DNA of 63,979 nt, counting the filler, from Thelocarpon superellum (Eukaryota): NCBI GenBank assembly GCA_026025795.1. It is 3 parts of 3 records of this genome, joined end to end, with 100 filler letters (N's around TTAATTAATTAA, not from the genome) between each part and the next. Parts side by side here need not be neighbours in the genome. Positions count along the whole stretch, not along the records: positions 1 to 21,588 come from JAPEUG010000309.1; 2 more parts are not named here. The stretch is one strand, 5' to 3'. The position numbers and the translations under genes are program-made. Below, one piece after another: positions 1-14,039 of this stretch (position 1 is the first letter of the stretch; each line of letters starts with the position of its first letter). The notes below the pieces were generated by a model. It had not been told where the DNA came from, did not search any database, and saw nothing but the letters and a program-made list of their open reading frames with translations.

Positions 1-47
1 CCATTTACCGTCCGACTTGTGGCACGTCGACGCCATTGGGAAACATC

Positions 48-2003
48 ATGGCGGAAAGTGCAGCCGGCCCCGGCACCGCCCCGGAGGCGTTGCAAAACTT
101 GCATCTCGACACGCCGACGGGGGAAATGGTGTCCAAGACCGAACTAAAGAAGCGGCAGAAAGTGCGTGCAGTGGAAGAGAAGAAGAGAGAAAAGGCAGCC
201 GCGGCCCCGGCCCAGCCCGCGACCACGAAAACCGCGAAAAAGTCCAATGTGGAGGAGGAGGAGAGCGAGTTGACGCCAAATGTATGATGGTCATGGGTGG
301 CGTGCTGGGACCGCTCGAGACTGACGTGCCTCCATCAGCAATATTTTGAAATTCGCTCGCGACATATCCACAAGCTTCGCCAAACCAAAGATCCACAGCC
401 CTATCCGCACAAGTTCCAGGTCACGACCGACCTACGCCAATTTCTCCAAGAACATGAGTCGCTCAAGAAAGGAGAGCTACGAAACGACGTCGAGGTCCGG
501 GTAGGCGGGAGGATCTACACTAAACGCAGCTCCGGGTCCAAGCTGGTCTTCTACGACATTCGCGCTGAGGGCGTCAAGGTCCAGGTCATGTGTCAATCGC
601 AGGAAGCCACCGGAGAGGTACCGTTTGAAGCGCAGCACGAGCATCTACGACGCGGCGACATAATCGGCATCGTCGGCTATCCGGGCCGGACGAGCCCTCG
701 CAACCGCGATCAGGGAGAGCTGTCGATCTTTGCTCGACAGATCATCTTGTTGACCCCCTGCCTCCACCAGCTCCCGGGCGAACATTATGGCTTCAAGAAC
801 CAGGAGCAACGGCACCGGCAACGGTATTTGGATCTCATCATGAACGACAGCACGCGTCAGGTGTTCCTGACCCGCTCCAAGATCGTCTCCTACGTCCGAC
901 GCTTCTTTGACGAGAAGGACTTTGTCGAGGTAGAGACGCCAATGATGAACGCCATTGCTGGCGGTGCCACTGCGAAGCCCTTTATCACCCACCACAATGA
1001 CCTGAACATGGATCTTTTCATGCGAGTCGCCCCGGAACTCTACTTGAAGCAGCTGATCGTCGGCGGTCTGGAGCGGGTCTACGAGCTGGGTCGGCAATTT
1101 CGCAACGAAGGCATCGACCTAACGCACAACCCGGAGTTCACCACGTGTGAGTTCTACATGGCCTATGCTGACGTCTACGACGTCATGGAGATCACGGAAG
1201 ACCTGGTCTCGGGCCTGGTCAAGCACATCACCGGCGGACACCACACCACCTTCCACACGCAGACAGGAGAAGAATACTCGGTCAACTGGGCAAAGCCATG
1301 GGCGCGGGTCGAGATGATCCCCGCCCTCGAAGCGGCGACGGGGACCACCTTCCCGCCGGGCGACGAGCTTCACACGGCGGAGACCAACGCCTTCCTGAAG
1401 CGCATCCTCCGCGACCACTCCATCGACTGCAGTCCGCCGCAGACCAACGCGCGTATGCTGGACAAACTCGTCGGCGAATTCATCGAAGAGAAGTGCATCT
1501 CGCCGACCTTCATCACCGGCCATCCCCAGATGATGTCACCGCTCGCCAAATGGCACCGCGCACACCCGGGGCTCTGCGAGCGATTCGAAGCCTTTGTATG
1601 CAAGAAGGAGATCGTGAACGCGTACACGGAGCTGAACGACCCATTCGACCAGCGCCTGCGCTTCGAAGAACAGGCGCGCCAAAAGGCCGCCGGCGACGAC
1701 GAGGCCCAGATGATCGACGAAACCTTCTGCCAGTCTCTTGAGTGGGGCCTGCCCCCCACCGGCGGCTGGGGCATGGGCATCGATCGCCTCGTCATGTTCC
1801 TCACCGACCGCTACAGCATCAAGGAAGTCCTCGCCTTTCCCTTTATGAAGGACGATGCTGTCGCCGAGAAGAAACCCACCGCCGCCGAGTTAGTCGATGT
1901 GACGCCCATGCCCGAAGAGGGAATCGGTATGTGTTGCCTCCACTCTCACCATGCTGAGAGAGAGTTGTAGGAGACGAGCTGATGATTCCTAGGACACAAA
2001 TGA
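48..2003 (+). CDS. KRS1: Cytoplasmic lysyl-tRNA synthetase (class II), 3 exons
   Basis: Motifs [65 protein letters not shown]; introns 282-338 and 1927-1992; tiny last exon ends ...GHK-stop at 2003. Confidence 0.97.
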
Positions 2004-2162
2004 TGTGTTGCTCCCATCTTAGAACAGGATAGATCACACGCTAGGAAATTCAATGCTCATTGATGCTGTTCGTCCAGGTAATGGTCTATGACATGGTAAT
2101 GGCAATGGTACACAATGGAGAGCAGAGTGGAGTAGCCGGGCAAGCAAAAGACACTAGATGAC

Positions 2163-3714
2163 TCAGAGAGACGTTGGTGAGGAAGAAAAGGCTCGAGCGG
2201 GAGAGCTTCTCGCAGCCGAAGACGACCTAGCGCCGATGGAAATCCGCGAGGCTGCTGTCGCGCCCTTGGCCATACGCTCCGCGAGTAGCTTGACGGTGCG
2301 GCGAGGCGGCAGACGGACGCGGGACGCCAGCACCACGACGCCCGTCAGGAGCGCGAGGCTATTAGCCTGGTGCGCGGCGGCGAGCGGGACAGGGACGAGA
2401 TAGAGCAGCGTCGCGATGCCGAGGACGACCTGGAGCGAGACGAGGTGCACCACGCCGCGGACGCCCTTCTTCGCGGTGGCGGGCAAGGCGGCGCGTACGC
2501 TGCGGCCGTAGCGCGAGTAGGCCCATAGGGCGAGGACGGCGCTCAGGGTCGTGGTGGCGAGGATACGGTGGTCCAGCTGCACAGTCGATGGGTTCTCGAG
2601 CATGTTGCGCCACCAAAGGTCCGAGTGGTCTGGCTGTCGCGAGTAGAAGTCCGAAAACAATTCGGCGGATGGCGGCGCGAAGCCTGTGCCCATATATGGG
2701 AATTCGTTGTAGATGAGCCCGGCGTCAAGCCCGGCTACTAGACCACCCGACATCGCGGTGAGGAAGACGAGCCCCGCAAGACCGATGACAGAACGGCGGA
2801 AGAGGCGGAGCGTAGGGTTGCGGAGGAGTTGGAGTTCCTTCGTGGCGGATACCGGGTCCGCTAGGAGTCGATTCTCCCGGAGGATGGAGAGCCCGTTCCA
2901 TAACATCGCCGTGTAGCATAGAAATGCGGTGCCCAGGTGCGCCGTCAGTCGGTACTGGCTGACGCGAGGGTGACTCCCGGGCGCGAATAAGTCGTCCTTG
3001 AGTCCGCTCTTGACCATCCACCAACCCAAGACTCCTTGCAGTCCGATCAATCCCCCTATGCCCGCCATCCGTAACGCCATTGGCGCTGATACCTTCCGCC
3101 GCGCGACGAAATAGGCCGCCGGAAGAATGAAGCTGAGCCCGACCACCCGTCCCCATAATCGATGGCCCCATTCCATATAATAGATCTGCTTGAACTCCGG
3201 AAGGGTCATGTGTGGATTAAGCAGCATGAACTCGGGACTCGACTTATATTTGGTAAACTCCGAGTCCCAGTCGCCGGCGGAGAGCGGAGGTAGGGAGCCA
3301 GTCACTGGCCGCCATTCCGTGATACTGAGTCTGCCCAGAGGTCAGTGGGCTCTTTGATCCTGGTCGGACCTCCTACCCTGACTCCGTGAGGCGTGTCAGT
3401 CCCCCCAAGATGACGATGCCAAACACACTGGCGGCACTGCCCAACAGCCAGTACGCCACAATCTGTTGGTTGTTCTCAGGGAAGAAGGATATCTTTGCAT
3501 GTTTCCCGGTGATGGTCTTGCTTAATGACCCAAGTGGCGATGTGCCTGCCGGGGCGGCGGGAGAGGTGTAAGCCGAGGAATTGAACCGAATGTTCTTGAG
3601 CATCGACGGGCGTTTGATCGGCGGTCGAGTAGCGGCCGACAGACATCGTGGGCAGAAGATGTGTCGCGAGAGACGTGGCGCCGCTTGGCGCAGCGCAGGC
3701 AGGAGAGACAACAT
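2163..3714 (-). CDS. COX15: Heme A synthase COX15, 2 exons
   Basis: Mitochondrial-type N-terminus, GGLTRLTESG|LSITEW, EWGHRLWGR, PRVSQYRLTAHL, GLVAGLDAGLIYN, AAAHQ; short intron at ~3331-3376. Confidence 0.96.
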
Positions 3715-4302
3715 AACGTCTATCGTGATTTAATGGTTCGTACATCCATGGCTTTGGTCTTGCATGCACTCAGAAGATTGAGTATCGGACTCTCGTCATC
3801 GAAACCATGAGTACGGTTCGCGACGGATCGTCGCTTGAGTGAGGCGCTGCCATGGTACGGGTGACGAGAAGATCCAATGGTGATGGCTCATGCCGCGGAT
3901 CTCACAGAAAGGCTAACGGAAGGATAGCAAGACCCGAGTTGAATAGACTTTCGCTTCTCCCCGTGTCGACCTCCCTCCTGCCTCCTACCGCCATTCCTTT
4001 TCTTGCCGCCTCTTCCCTATAGGTACGACGTCACTTTTCGACGATACGTCTGCGAAAGTCCTGATCCTGTAACTGCCGTCTGCCGTGTCGTCCAGCTCGG
4101 TGCTCGGTGCGCCGCTCTGTCACCGTCAGGGCCAAGCTCGATCGACCTCCGTCCAGCAGGGGAGCCAACGTGAATTGGGCCGACCATGGGATTGCGTTGA
4201 GCTGGACCTATCTGCTTCGTCCATCGCGTGGATCTCGTGGGTCTCGTGGACGAAATTGCATCGCCTCTCCCCAGCTGCTCAGAAGTTACAGTTCCGAACA
4301 GC

Positions 4303-7100
4303 ATGTCGACGCAAACCCCGCCCAGCGATTCCACCAATGCCTCCGGCGGCTTGCACAATCTGCTTACTGGCCTCACTGCCCAATCTCCAGGGTTAGGGCC
4401 CTTATCGGATCCAGCGTCTTCGACCACCTCACTAGCCGAGTCGACTTCGTCCAACTTGGTTCCGCCGACGACCTTGTTCAACACGCCCTCTCGCTCCATC
4501 CTGTCCTCGGGCAACCCCACCTCGTCCATCTCGGCCAATACCGCCCACGCATCCCTAAGTGCGGCCACCTCCTCCAGCGCCTCCCATCCCTTATCGACCT
4601 TGTCGTCGTCGATGCCCCTGTCCAGTACTCCACGCCGGACCCCCCGTGCCCCTGCAGCCGTGCCCGTAACTCCTGAGCGGACTCGTACTGTCATCACGGC
4701 CGCCAAAGAAGTGGATGATCCCAGCATGCCAGCCGACCCGAGAGCTGGCGCCGGCCCGAGCGGAAGCTTGACCCCCGTCGAACTGACCCGGCTATTCGCC
4801 TCCACCAGCGTCGTGGCGCCGTCACGGACGCCTTCCTCCAACCGCACCCCGAGCGGGGGAACATATACCAGAGGTATGTCGGCGATGATACACGACGTGA
4901 TGGTGTGGTGAAGAACCCGCTAAGTTACGAGTAGCCTCCTTTGAGACGGTTCCGTCCCTGCCCAACCATCTCTGGAATCGAGGCTTCCTCGATGGCCGCC
5001 ATTCCGATATCACCGTTCATGCCTTCTCGACCTCGTACGCACTCCATCGCATCTTACTGGACCGTGCGCCCTTCTTCTCGTCCGCCCTGTCGGAGCCATG
5101 GTTCGAGAGCACGGCGAAAGCCATCGAACTCAACCCGGAAGAGATCGACAGCAACATCACCCAGCGGTCCTTTGAGCTTGCCCTGAAGCACCTCTACGGC
5201 CTATCCTCCCCGCTCGAGGAGGAAGAGGAGGCCGTTGGCCTGTTTGCCACAGCCTCCTGGCTCGAGATGGCCGATCTCATCCAGTCGAGCTCGGACGTCT
5301 TACTGCGTCGTCTGCGAGCCGGCACGGTGTCCGACCTGATCAAACTCGTCACGAGCAATTACTACGGCCAAGCGGGTGAGCGCATTCTGACCGCCGCCAA
5401 AGCGATGCTCTATCGTGAAGGCTGGGAGATGTCGCCCCGCGCTTGGGACGGCATCCCGGCCGACATGGTGCGTGACATCGTTGGGGGCGATGGCTTCTTC
5501 GTCCCAGAAGAGTGGGAACGATACCGTCTCGCCAAGAAGCTCTTTCTCCGACGACTACGTGATAGCACGCTCGCCGACAGTCTCCCTGTCATTGATGAAA
5601 TGCTTCCACGGGACGGACGGGACTCACGTCTACGTCTCTCGCTCAATCAGGCGTCATTTGGGAAGAAAGCCGATCGGGCCCCGAGCGTTTATGATCATCC
5701 CGAAGTTGTCCCGATGGTCGATCTGCTGGAAGATGGCATTCACTATCTCCACCTGAGCTTCGAGCAGCTGCTCAGCATCCGTCAGGACCGGGACGAATAC
5801 GGCCGCTCCTTGGTATCCGACCAGACCATCACCAACGCGCTCTGGCTGTCGATGGAGCTGCGACGAAAGGTGGTCAACGCGTCGGAGACCGATCCGGAAC
5901 TTGGGCTGCGCGTGGCGTCATCGAGCGGGAAAACGCGTGAGAGCGCCAGTGCTGAAGATGGCTCAGATGACGCCGGCAAGCTCCCCGAGGAGGATCCGGC
6001 CGATGCCGACGCGGTCAGCCACGCGTCCACGGTGGAACAACAGGCCGCCCGACGCTTCTGGATTCCAAGCATCGACTCGACCAAGGTCGTCGGCGATGAT
6101 ACCGACCTCATCTCCGGCCGCTTCTCCACCACGACCCGTCGTGGTCTTGAGCTCACCACGCATAGCAACCCCCGCACCTCCACGGCACCACCAGCATCCT
6201 CCGAGAATCCCGCCTCGTCGTCATCCGACACTGCCAATGTGGACCTCCCTCGAGCTCAATATTTTACTCCGTACCCGCCCTACCGCTTCTCCGTCGAGTT
6301 TCCCAACCCTCGTCTGCTCAAAGACAAGAAGCGGGTCTACTCCCGCACGGTGGAGTATCTCGGCAGCCACTGGAACATCTACGTGCAGAAGATTCGCTCG
6401 AGCAAGAACGTGCAGCTCGGCGTCTACCTCCATCGGGCCAAGATTCGAGATGCGGAGGAGATGATGCGTGGCGCGACGGGACCACGATCGGTGGATGAGG
6501 CCATTGGCCAGCTGGAGCGAGAGATGCTGCTCCGCCGCACCGAACGACGACTACGTCGACAACAGCAGTACGAGGCACAGCTGGAGGGCGAGGAAGAGAG
6601 CAGCTCGGGCGGTGAGAACCCAGGTCTACGTGTCGACAGTCAACCCCGACCCGCCAACCGTACCGGCGCGACGGCGTCCGCGAAAGGGACCCAGAATCCG
6701 ACGCTCACCCTGTCGAGTCTACCGGAACATTCCTTCCATCCCAGCGGCAACGGCAGCCCCGAGGGTGACGACGACCATGAGACGACGACGTCGATCCCCA
6801 CCATTCCGCAGTATATCGACGGACGGCCGACCATCAAAACCTACTTTAAGATCTATTCGCCCACCAAGGGCGGACTGAGTGTGTACGAAAGTGCACCGGA
6901 CGGCTTTAATTTTAGTCAGAGCTGGGTGAGTCATGACTCCGACACGCTTCCTCCCTCGACCGGGCACTAACCCTCGCGATCTCCAGGGCTGGCGAAGCAG
7001 CATGATCCTCGACGACGACGCCTCGTCCAGCAACGAAAGCGAGGGGACGCGTAGTCGCGACGGCCGCCTGAGATTCAGCGTCGTGTTGGGGAATGTGTGA
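4303..7100 (+). CDS. BTB/POZ domain protein with a split C-terminal MATH-like domain (S. pombe Btb2-like family)
   Basis: Ser/Thr-rich exon 1; after intron 4874-4934 the frame reads PNHLWNRGFLDGRHSDITVHAF...LHRILLDRAPFFSSAL (BTB); PPYRFSVEF...YLGSHWNIYVQK...LGVYLHR and SAPDGFNFSQSW|GWRSS (MATH-like); second intron ~6926-6987. Confidence 0.8.
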
Positions 7101-7420
7101 AGCCTCTCTCTTCTCTTTTCGTGGGTCGCATGATGCAGCGAGGATACTTGAGACTGGCGCAGACCGAGCCTTTTCCATAGCCCGTACATGGCGTGTTATC
7201 AATCGCACCCCTCGTTCTCATACGCAAGGACACCACGATGAATATGCTACTTGAAGGGGGAGTGAAAGACCGCGTGGGGCGTAGGTTCGTTGGTTCGTCA
7301 CGCTCTACTATACGCAAAGTTGGAGATGATGAGGTCCGAGGCGAAGATGGTGATTAGAGAGGACACGAGACGAGACGAGAGAGCAGGGTTCATCACGGGC
7401 AGAGCGAGCCGGGGATGGTA

Positions 7421-8520
7421 TCATGGCGAGACGTAGCCGTTTCCTAAGCTCTCGCCTTCGCGAAATACTCTGCCTGACGTTAGTATATCACAGCCACGGA
7501 CCAGAAAGGTGGAGGGCGGGGGTCTCACAGATGCTGCTCGTAGAAATGGAGCATCTAGATGTCGACGCGAGTCAGCTTCGTGGCTACGGCAGGGACAGAG
7601 GAGGGTTGGAACGAAGGAAGAAAGGATCGCCGTACCTTCTGCGGACACTTCTTGTACGCCCGCTCGATCGGATGGCGTGTCTTCCGCCCGTTGTTCCACT
7701 GCACGTAGACGTGCAAGCCGTCGGTGTCGTGCTCCACCGTGTCGATGGCTTGGATATCGTCTTCCCATATACCGGACGGTGGTGTCCAGTCTGCGGCCTT
7801 GGTCTTGCCTTTGTCCGCGGCGGTGTCCGTCGCTTCGTTCTTGGTCATGCGTCGCGCCTTGCTCTTTGGGATCCCCTGCGGTGTTCCCGAGTCCCGCCCT
7901 CGTTTTGCCTTGGGCTTCGCGACCGGCCGGCCGCCGATGTTCTTGTGGTATTCGTCTAGGATGTCCACTGCGCCCCTATTTTGATGGATGAGATTAGCCA
8001 AGGTTAATTGACTGAGGCATCCGTAGATCTGCGGCCCCCCCACAACTCACTCTAGGTTCTCCTCTGGCTCCCACGTCTGGTCGCTCTTCTTCTCATACCC
8101 CTTCCATTTGATCAAATATCGCAGGCTTCCGCCCTTTTGACTAGATCAGTGCCTGGTCTTTGGTCGGGGCGGACGAGGCTCACCTTTTCAAACCGGTGCT
8201 CCAGCACTTGTTCGACGATATATCTTACGATGCATAGTCAGCTCATGGCGAGCCTGGAGCTTGTGACGCGCACAAGGACTCACGTACTCATCTTCTCCCG
8301 CAGCATCATCATCGTCGTCGTCGTGTTCCCCCTCGTTCTCCAACCCTTCAAGGATCTTTTCCTTGAGCTCCTCCGTGACCGTGGTCGGCTCCTGCAAGGG
8401 AGCCTCCTCCGCCTCGGATCCAGAGGCTTCCGAATCGGTAATGTTGCCTATACATATATCAGCCTTGGGTCAGCGCTCGTTGGGACATTTGGCAGGCGAT
8501 GCAGATGACTTACGCGGCAT
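7421..8520 (-). CDS. Heterochromatin protein HP1/Swi6-like (chromo plus chromoshadow domain), multi-exon
   Basis: Spliced frames give [11 protein letters not shown]...[22 protein letters not shown] (chromodomain) and [11 protein letters not shown]...VYVQWNNG...[19 protein letters not shown] (chromoshadow); 7-nt first coding exon ATGCCGC|GTAAGT. Confidence 0.9.
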
Positions 8521-8965
8521 CTTAAAGTGCACCAAGAAACGTCTTGTTGCTTTGCTCGGCTTGCTCGGCGTGCTCGGCGCGCAGAGATTGACAGTCGGCG
8601 AGCACCACGACCTTGGACGATTCAAAGGTGGATGTGGCGTTCGTAATCGATATCACCTTGAACTGATATCACTGAATGCGTGCGTTTAATGTTGAGTAAC
8701 GAACGGATCCCTTGCGTAGCCGCGGGCACTCTCACGGTTCTCTGAAGCCGACCGCGCGGGTGCACGCGATAGACAGGTGTAAAATAATGTTAGTAGCTGG
8801 GGCGAAGCTTGAGAGCTCTACCGGGACGCTAACGGAACTTCTGCTTGGTGTTTTCGAACGTGAGTGAAGGATCAGTGTTGGCCCACGTTGACCACAGCTT
8901 TCATCTGTATACTCACCAATACCTCGTCTCTGCTGTTGGCTCTTGAGGAGCCCCCAGTGATTACG
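8521..8965. promoter_or_regulatory. Short bidirectional promoter between the HP1-like gene and CCT5
   Basis: Head-to-head start codons at 8520 (-) and 8966 (+), about 445 bp apart. Confidence 0.55.
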
Positions 8966-11177
8966 ATGGCAATGCGTGAGTAGTGTCTGGCTTCATTTAA
9001 AGTGAAATCCTAAAGCTGACTGATCCCTTTGCAGAGCTGGATATGTCGCAAGGTAGGGATGCACGTCGGATGAGGTTAAGGTCGAGTTTGGGGTTGACCA
9101 GTCGATCATGCAGCTTCGGTCATGAAAGATGAGCAAGGCAGACCGTTCATCATCGTTCGGGAGTACAGCTCGTTTTCCCGACTCCTCTCCAAGTTATGGC
9201 TGACCCTGCTGCCATAGCCAAGGCAAGAAGAAGAGATTACATGGGACCGACGCCGTCAAGTCGCATATCCTCGCGGCGCGGACCGTTGCGAACATCGTGC
9301 GAAGCTCTTTGGTATGCATCTTCTACTTCGCTTTCGATGGCTTCTTCTGACGGCTACCTAGGGTCCTCGCGGTTTGGATAAGATCCTCATCTCTCCTGAT
9401 GGAGATATCACCGTCACCAACGACGGTGCAACGATCTTGTCGCAGGTCTGCGCTCCGATGGTCCCCCGTACGTAGGCAGACACCGACTCATATGATGCAG
9501 ATGGAAATATCCAACCACGTCGCAAAGCTCCTAGTCGAGTTGTCCAAGTCGCAAGACGAAGAGATTGGTGACGGGACAACGGGTGTCGTGGTGCTCGCGG
9601 GTGCCCTGTTGGAACAGGCGGCGGAATTGATCGAGAAGGGCATACATCCCATCCGCATCGCCGACGGATACGACCAAGCGTGCGAAGTGGCCGTTGGGCA
9701 CCTCGACCGGATCAGCGACCACGTCAACTTCACCAAGGAAGACACAGAAAACCTCGTCGAAGTGGCCAAGACGAGCCTGGGCAGCAAGATGTGAGCAGCT
9801 TGATACCAGCTCGGACAATCCGCCGCGGCTAACCCTCGACTTAGCGTCTCCAAGGCCCACGATCAATTCGCCCAGATTGCCGTCGACGCCGTTCTCTCCG
9901 TTGCCGATCTCGAGCGCAAGGACGTCGATTTCGAGCTGATCAAGGTCGACGGCAAGGTTGGTGGCGCTCTCGAAGATACGCTACTTGTCAAGGGCGTCAT
10001 CGTCGACAAAGATTTCTCCCACCCGCAGATGCCCCATGAGGTGCACGATGCCAAACTCGCCATCCTGACCTGCGCCTTTGAACCCCCGAAGCCGAAGACC
10101 AAACACAAGCTCGACATCACCACCGTGGAGGAATTCAAGCGACTCCAGTCTTACGAGAAAAGCAAGTTCGAAGAGATGATCCAACAGATCAAGGCCACCG
10201 GGGCGAACCTGGTGATCTGTCAGTGGGGATTCGATGACGAAGCCAATCATCTGCTGTTACAAAATCAGCTGCCCGCGGTGCGGTGGGTGGGTGGGCCGGA
10301 GATTGAACTCATCGCCATCGCCACTAATGGACGCATCGTCCCGCGATTTGAGGATCTCAGCGCGGAGAAGCTCGGCCAGGCGGGGATCGTGCGAGAGATG
10401 AGTTTTGGCACGACGAGGGAGAAGATGCTGGTGATTGAGGAGTGCGCCAACACTCGCGCGGTAACCGTCTTTGTCCGAGGAAGCAACAAGATGGTATCTC
10501 TCTCGGCGAATCCCTCTTGGCTTCTGTCGCTCACCCCTCTCGTCCCAACAGATCATCGACGAGGCCAAGCGCTCGCTACATGATGCGCTTTGTGTCGTAC
10601 GCAATCTCGTTCGCGACAACCGCATTGTCTACGGTGGGGGGGCGGCCGAGATCGCGTGTTCGCTCGCAGTCGAAGAGGCTGCGGTCAAGGTACGAGGCTC
10701 TCTACGCACGGTCGACCTTCCCCCTAATTCCACGTCTAGAGCCCGGGACTGGAACAATATGCCATGCGAGCATTTGCGGATGCGCTCGATGCGGTGCCGA
10801 TGGCTTTGGCGGAGAATTCAGGACTGAGTCCCATTGAGACCTTGGCGTCGATCAAGTCGCGACAGGTAAAGGAGAAGAACTCTCGCCTTGGAGTGGACTG
10901 CATGCAGACGGGCAGCAACGGTAGGGGTTTGGTAATGGTCCAGCTGCTTCCACGGAATGACTGACCATGGCTCACCCAGACATGCGCGATCACTTCGTGA
11001 TTGACCCTCTCATCGGCAAGCGCCAGCAATTGTTGCTAGCTACTCAGCTCTGTCGAATGGTCCTCAAGGTCCGTTCGCTACATCATATTCCTGGTTGAGC
11101 ATGAATTTGTGAATCTGACAAACAGCCTTTAGATCAACAACGTCATCATTGCTGGGAGTGACGAGAATGAGTTCTAG
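8966..11177 (+). CDS. CCT5: T-complex protein 1 epsilon subunit (TRiC/CCT), about 10 introns
   Basis: [78 protein letters not shown]; first exons of 10 and 18 nt. Confidence 0.96.
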
Positions 11178-12058
11178 ACTTGGCCGACCATCTCATTTAT
11201 CGTGTCCCGTCGCTCCTCTGATCCTCGAGGCATATTCTGTATCATACGTGTCAGCCTAGATCTACGCTGAGGTAGACAAAACCAGCGCGCTACAAGCAGC
11301 GAAGCTCTAGCACATGTGCTGATTCTCGGTGAATCGAATGCCCCAAGTGAACCCCCCAGTCTCAGAAGGGACTGGCTCAACTACGACTGAACCCTAACCC
11401 TTCACCTAACCCTGGAGCCAGCCCGTCTTTAACGAATCTTTCATCTAAATCTTCAAATCTTTCCCACGGCCGTCTCAGGCACCTGTCCTGGCTATGCACG
11501 AGCTAGCGCTACCTGAAGAGTTCTCCCCAGAACAAGGAAGTTTATTGCGAGATGAATCGGATCTATGGAAGGAGAGACCCTGTAGGCAGCAATGTAGATT
11601 GTGGAGTGTGGAGTGCAGCGTGCAGCGTGCTGAGTGCAGAAGTGGCAGATGGGTAGTCCTCGAGGTCGGCTCCCCCCGCCGCTTCTGTGCGGCGGGTACA
11701 GGGATAAGGACGCGAGATGAGGATGCGGGAGGATGCGGGATGACGCGGGGACGGCTACAAGTGCGAGGGTTTGCCGGCATGGTCACAAGCCAGCACGCCA
11801 GTGCCTCTCCGCTCGTGCCACGCTCCTCCAGCACAATAGTAGTTAGCTATCATTCATACCGTCCGAGGCCAGACGCTACCAGCTGTCGCTTGGACCAGCG
11901 ATGATACCATGAGGCCCCGCTACATCCGCCATCGAGGGTTCCACAGCTGTCCCGTCGCCTAGGACATCTATGCTCGCCAAGCGTCGGTGGTAGTCTCGAG
12001 ACCCATCCGACGGCGCTTAGGTGGGCAGGAGCCGTGTCGAGCTCAAAGAGTGGTCAGA

Positions 12059-13538
12059 ATGTTCGGAAGTCAGGTAGGTCGTCGTGCATCCAGAGAGACT
12101 CAATATTTCCCATCATCTCTGACAGCTTCTGACCCTCTCGCAGAAGAAACCCTACACGGCCATCACCGTCCAGGTCGAGAATCTTACGAGCGAGCAATAT
12201 GACGAGAACGACCTGAGCGGCATCGTCGACCTGATCGAGGTCATCCGTCTCCAGAGCAGTGGGCCGACGGAAGCGGCTCGGGCGCTTCGGAAGAAGCTGT
12301 AAGTGGGGCGGTCAGGACGTGGGCGGGCCTCACCGGCTAACCGTGGCTCCAGCAAGTATGGCAACGTGCATCGACAGCTCCGAGCGCTCACCATCCTCGA
12401 TGGCCTCATTCAAAACGCAGGGGTCCGCTTCCAGCGGGTCTTTGCCGATGAGCCACTGCTGGAGCGGCTGCGCTTCGCCGCGACCGAGGACATCTCGGAT
12501 CCCGAGGTCAAGGCCAAGTGCCAAGTGCTGTTTCGGCAGTGGGCGGTGAGCTACAAGAGCACGCCGGGCATGGAGCGAGTGGCCGCGCTCTCCAAGCAGC
12601 TGCCGCAGCGCAAGAAACCCCCCACGCAGCAGCAATCCAAGGTTCTGCGGGAGACGGAGGAGGATGCCCGGCGTGACATGGAAGAGCCCTCGTCGCCGCC
12701 CCCTTTCCGCGGATCGATGAGCACGACCATCACATCTGAGGGTCGACCCCGCGCGCAGTCTGCCACTGCTTCCGTGTCCAGTCCGACCTCTCCGTCCTTC
12801 TTCCGCAGCAAGAAGGACAAGACTCGAAACAAGCCGTTTAACATTGACAAGGAGAAGCCTCAACTGCTTCAGACCTTGGCCTCCTCCTCGGTCGCCAGCA
12901 CCAACCTCCTGAACAGTCTGAAGCTCATCAACCGTGAGAACCAACGCGTGAGCGATGACGCGGAAGTGATGAAACGCTTCGAGACCTGTAAGCTATTACG
13001 GCGACAGATCTTGCGCTACATCCAGAACGTGGACTCGGAGCAGTGGCTCGGCGGATTGATTCACGCCAACGACGAGCTCGTCACGGCGCTGATGGCCTTT
13101 GAGGTGCTGGACAAGAGCGTCGAGCTCGACAGCGATAGCGAGGATGACGCCTCGGATGAAGACGGGGCATTCGGTCGGCCACGGCAAGCGTCCAACGCTG
13201 CGTCCAGCGCCCGGCATGCCTTTGCCGGCCTGACCATCGACCGGACCGCTGCGCCGCCCAGGCCGCCACGACCTCTCTCGCAGGGCCCGATGTCGCCTTC
13301 TTTCAGCGGAAAACAGCGGGCTGCTTTCCCTTCTGACGAGGATAAGACCGACGAGGATGAGGAGGTGGGGGCGAAGGAAGAAGACGAAGACGAAGACGAA
13401 GACGAAGACGACCCTTTTGCAGACCGGAACGCAGTCAACGACCCGCCTGAAGGCCGTCCCGGGACTACCTGGTGAGGCTCACGAACTTCACCATCCGTGC
13501 CTGACGAAACTGCTCACGTGATCAGGAGAGAGGTCTAG
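12059..13538 (+). CDS. LSB5: VHS/GAT domain endocytic adaptor (Lsb5/TOM1-like)
   Basis: KKPYTAITVQV, GPTEAARALRKKL|KYGNVHRQLRALTILDGL (VHS), RRQILRYIQ...WLGGLIHANDELV (GAT), acidic tail with DPFAD; three short introns. Confidence 0.85.
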
Positions 13539-14039
13539 CTGACTCTTCCGATCATGTCGATGGGCATGTGGCGGAAGGATTCGCTGTCAGTGGTACATGG
13601 AGTTGGCGGGACACTGGCCAGCGTCTTGCTCTTCGTGTCGTGGTCAGCAGAGCCTCTCACAGGCGACGTGCATTAGCCTCCAGCGGAGGAGCATGAATCC
13701 ATTCAACATCAGCGCCACACGCAATATTTTAATCCCACTTTATTCTTATTCTCTCGGATGATATAACCGGCTATGGACCAAAAGTGATTAGATCCATTTT
13801 GAGCGCACAAGACCCAACGGATTGACACGAGGTGCGATGTGAAACCTGGAGTGTGCGGAATCGGGATCAGCATCACCACGGCCAATGTTGTTGCCGACAT
13901 GATCCCACGAAATGAGGCATCACAACCGCCGCCGCCGCCCATCACCTCCATCATGCCAGGCGAGACCTGACTCCTTGATCACCCCTCCTGACTCCCCTCT
14001 GATGCCTCAATCGAGCAGACGAAGCACAAACGGCGCAAT

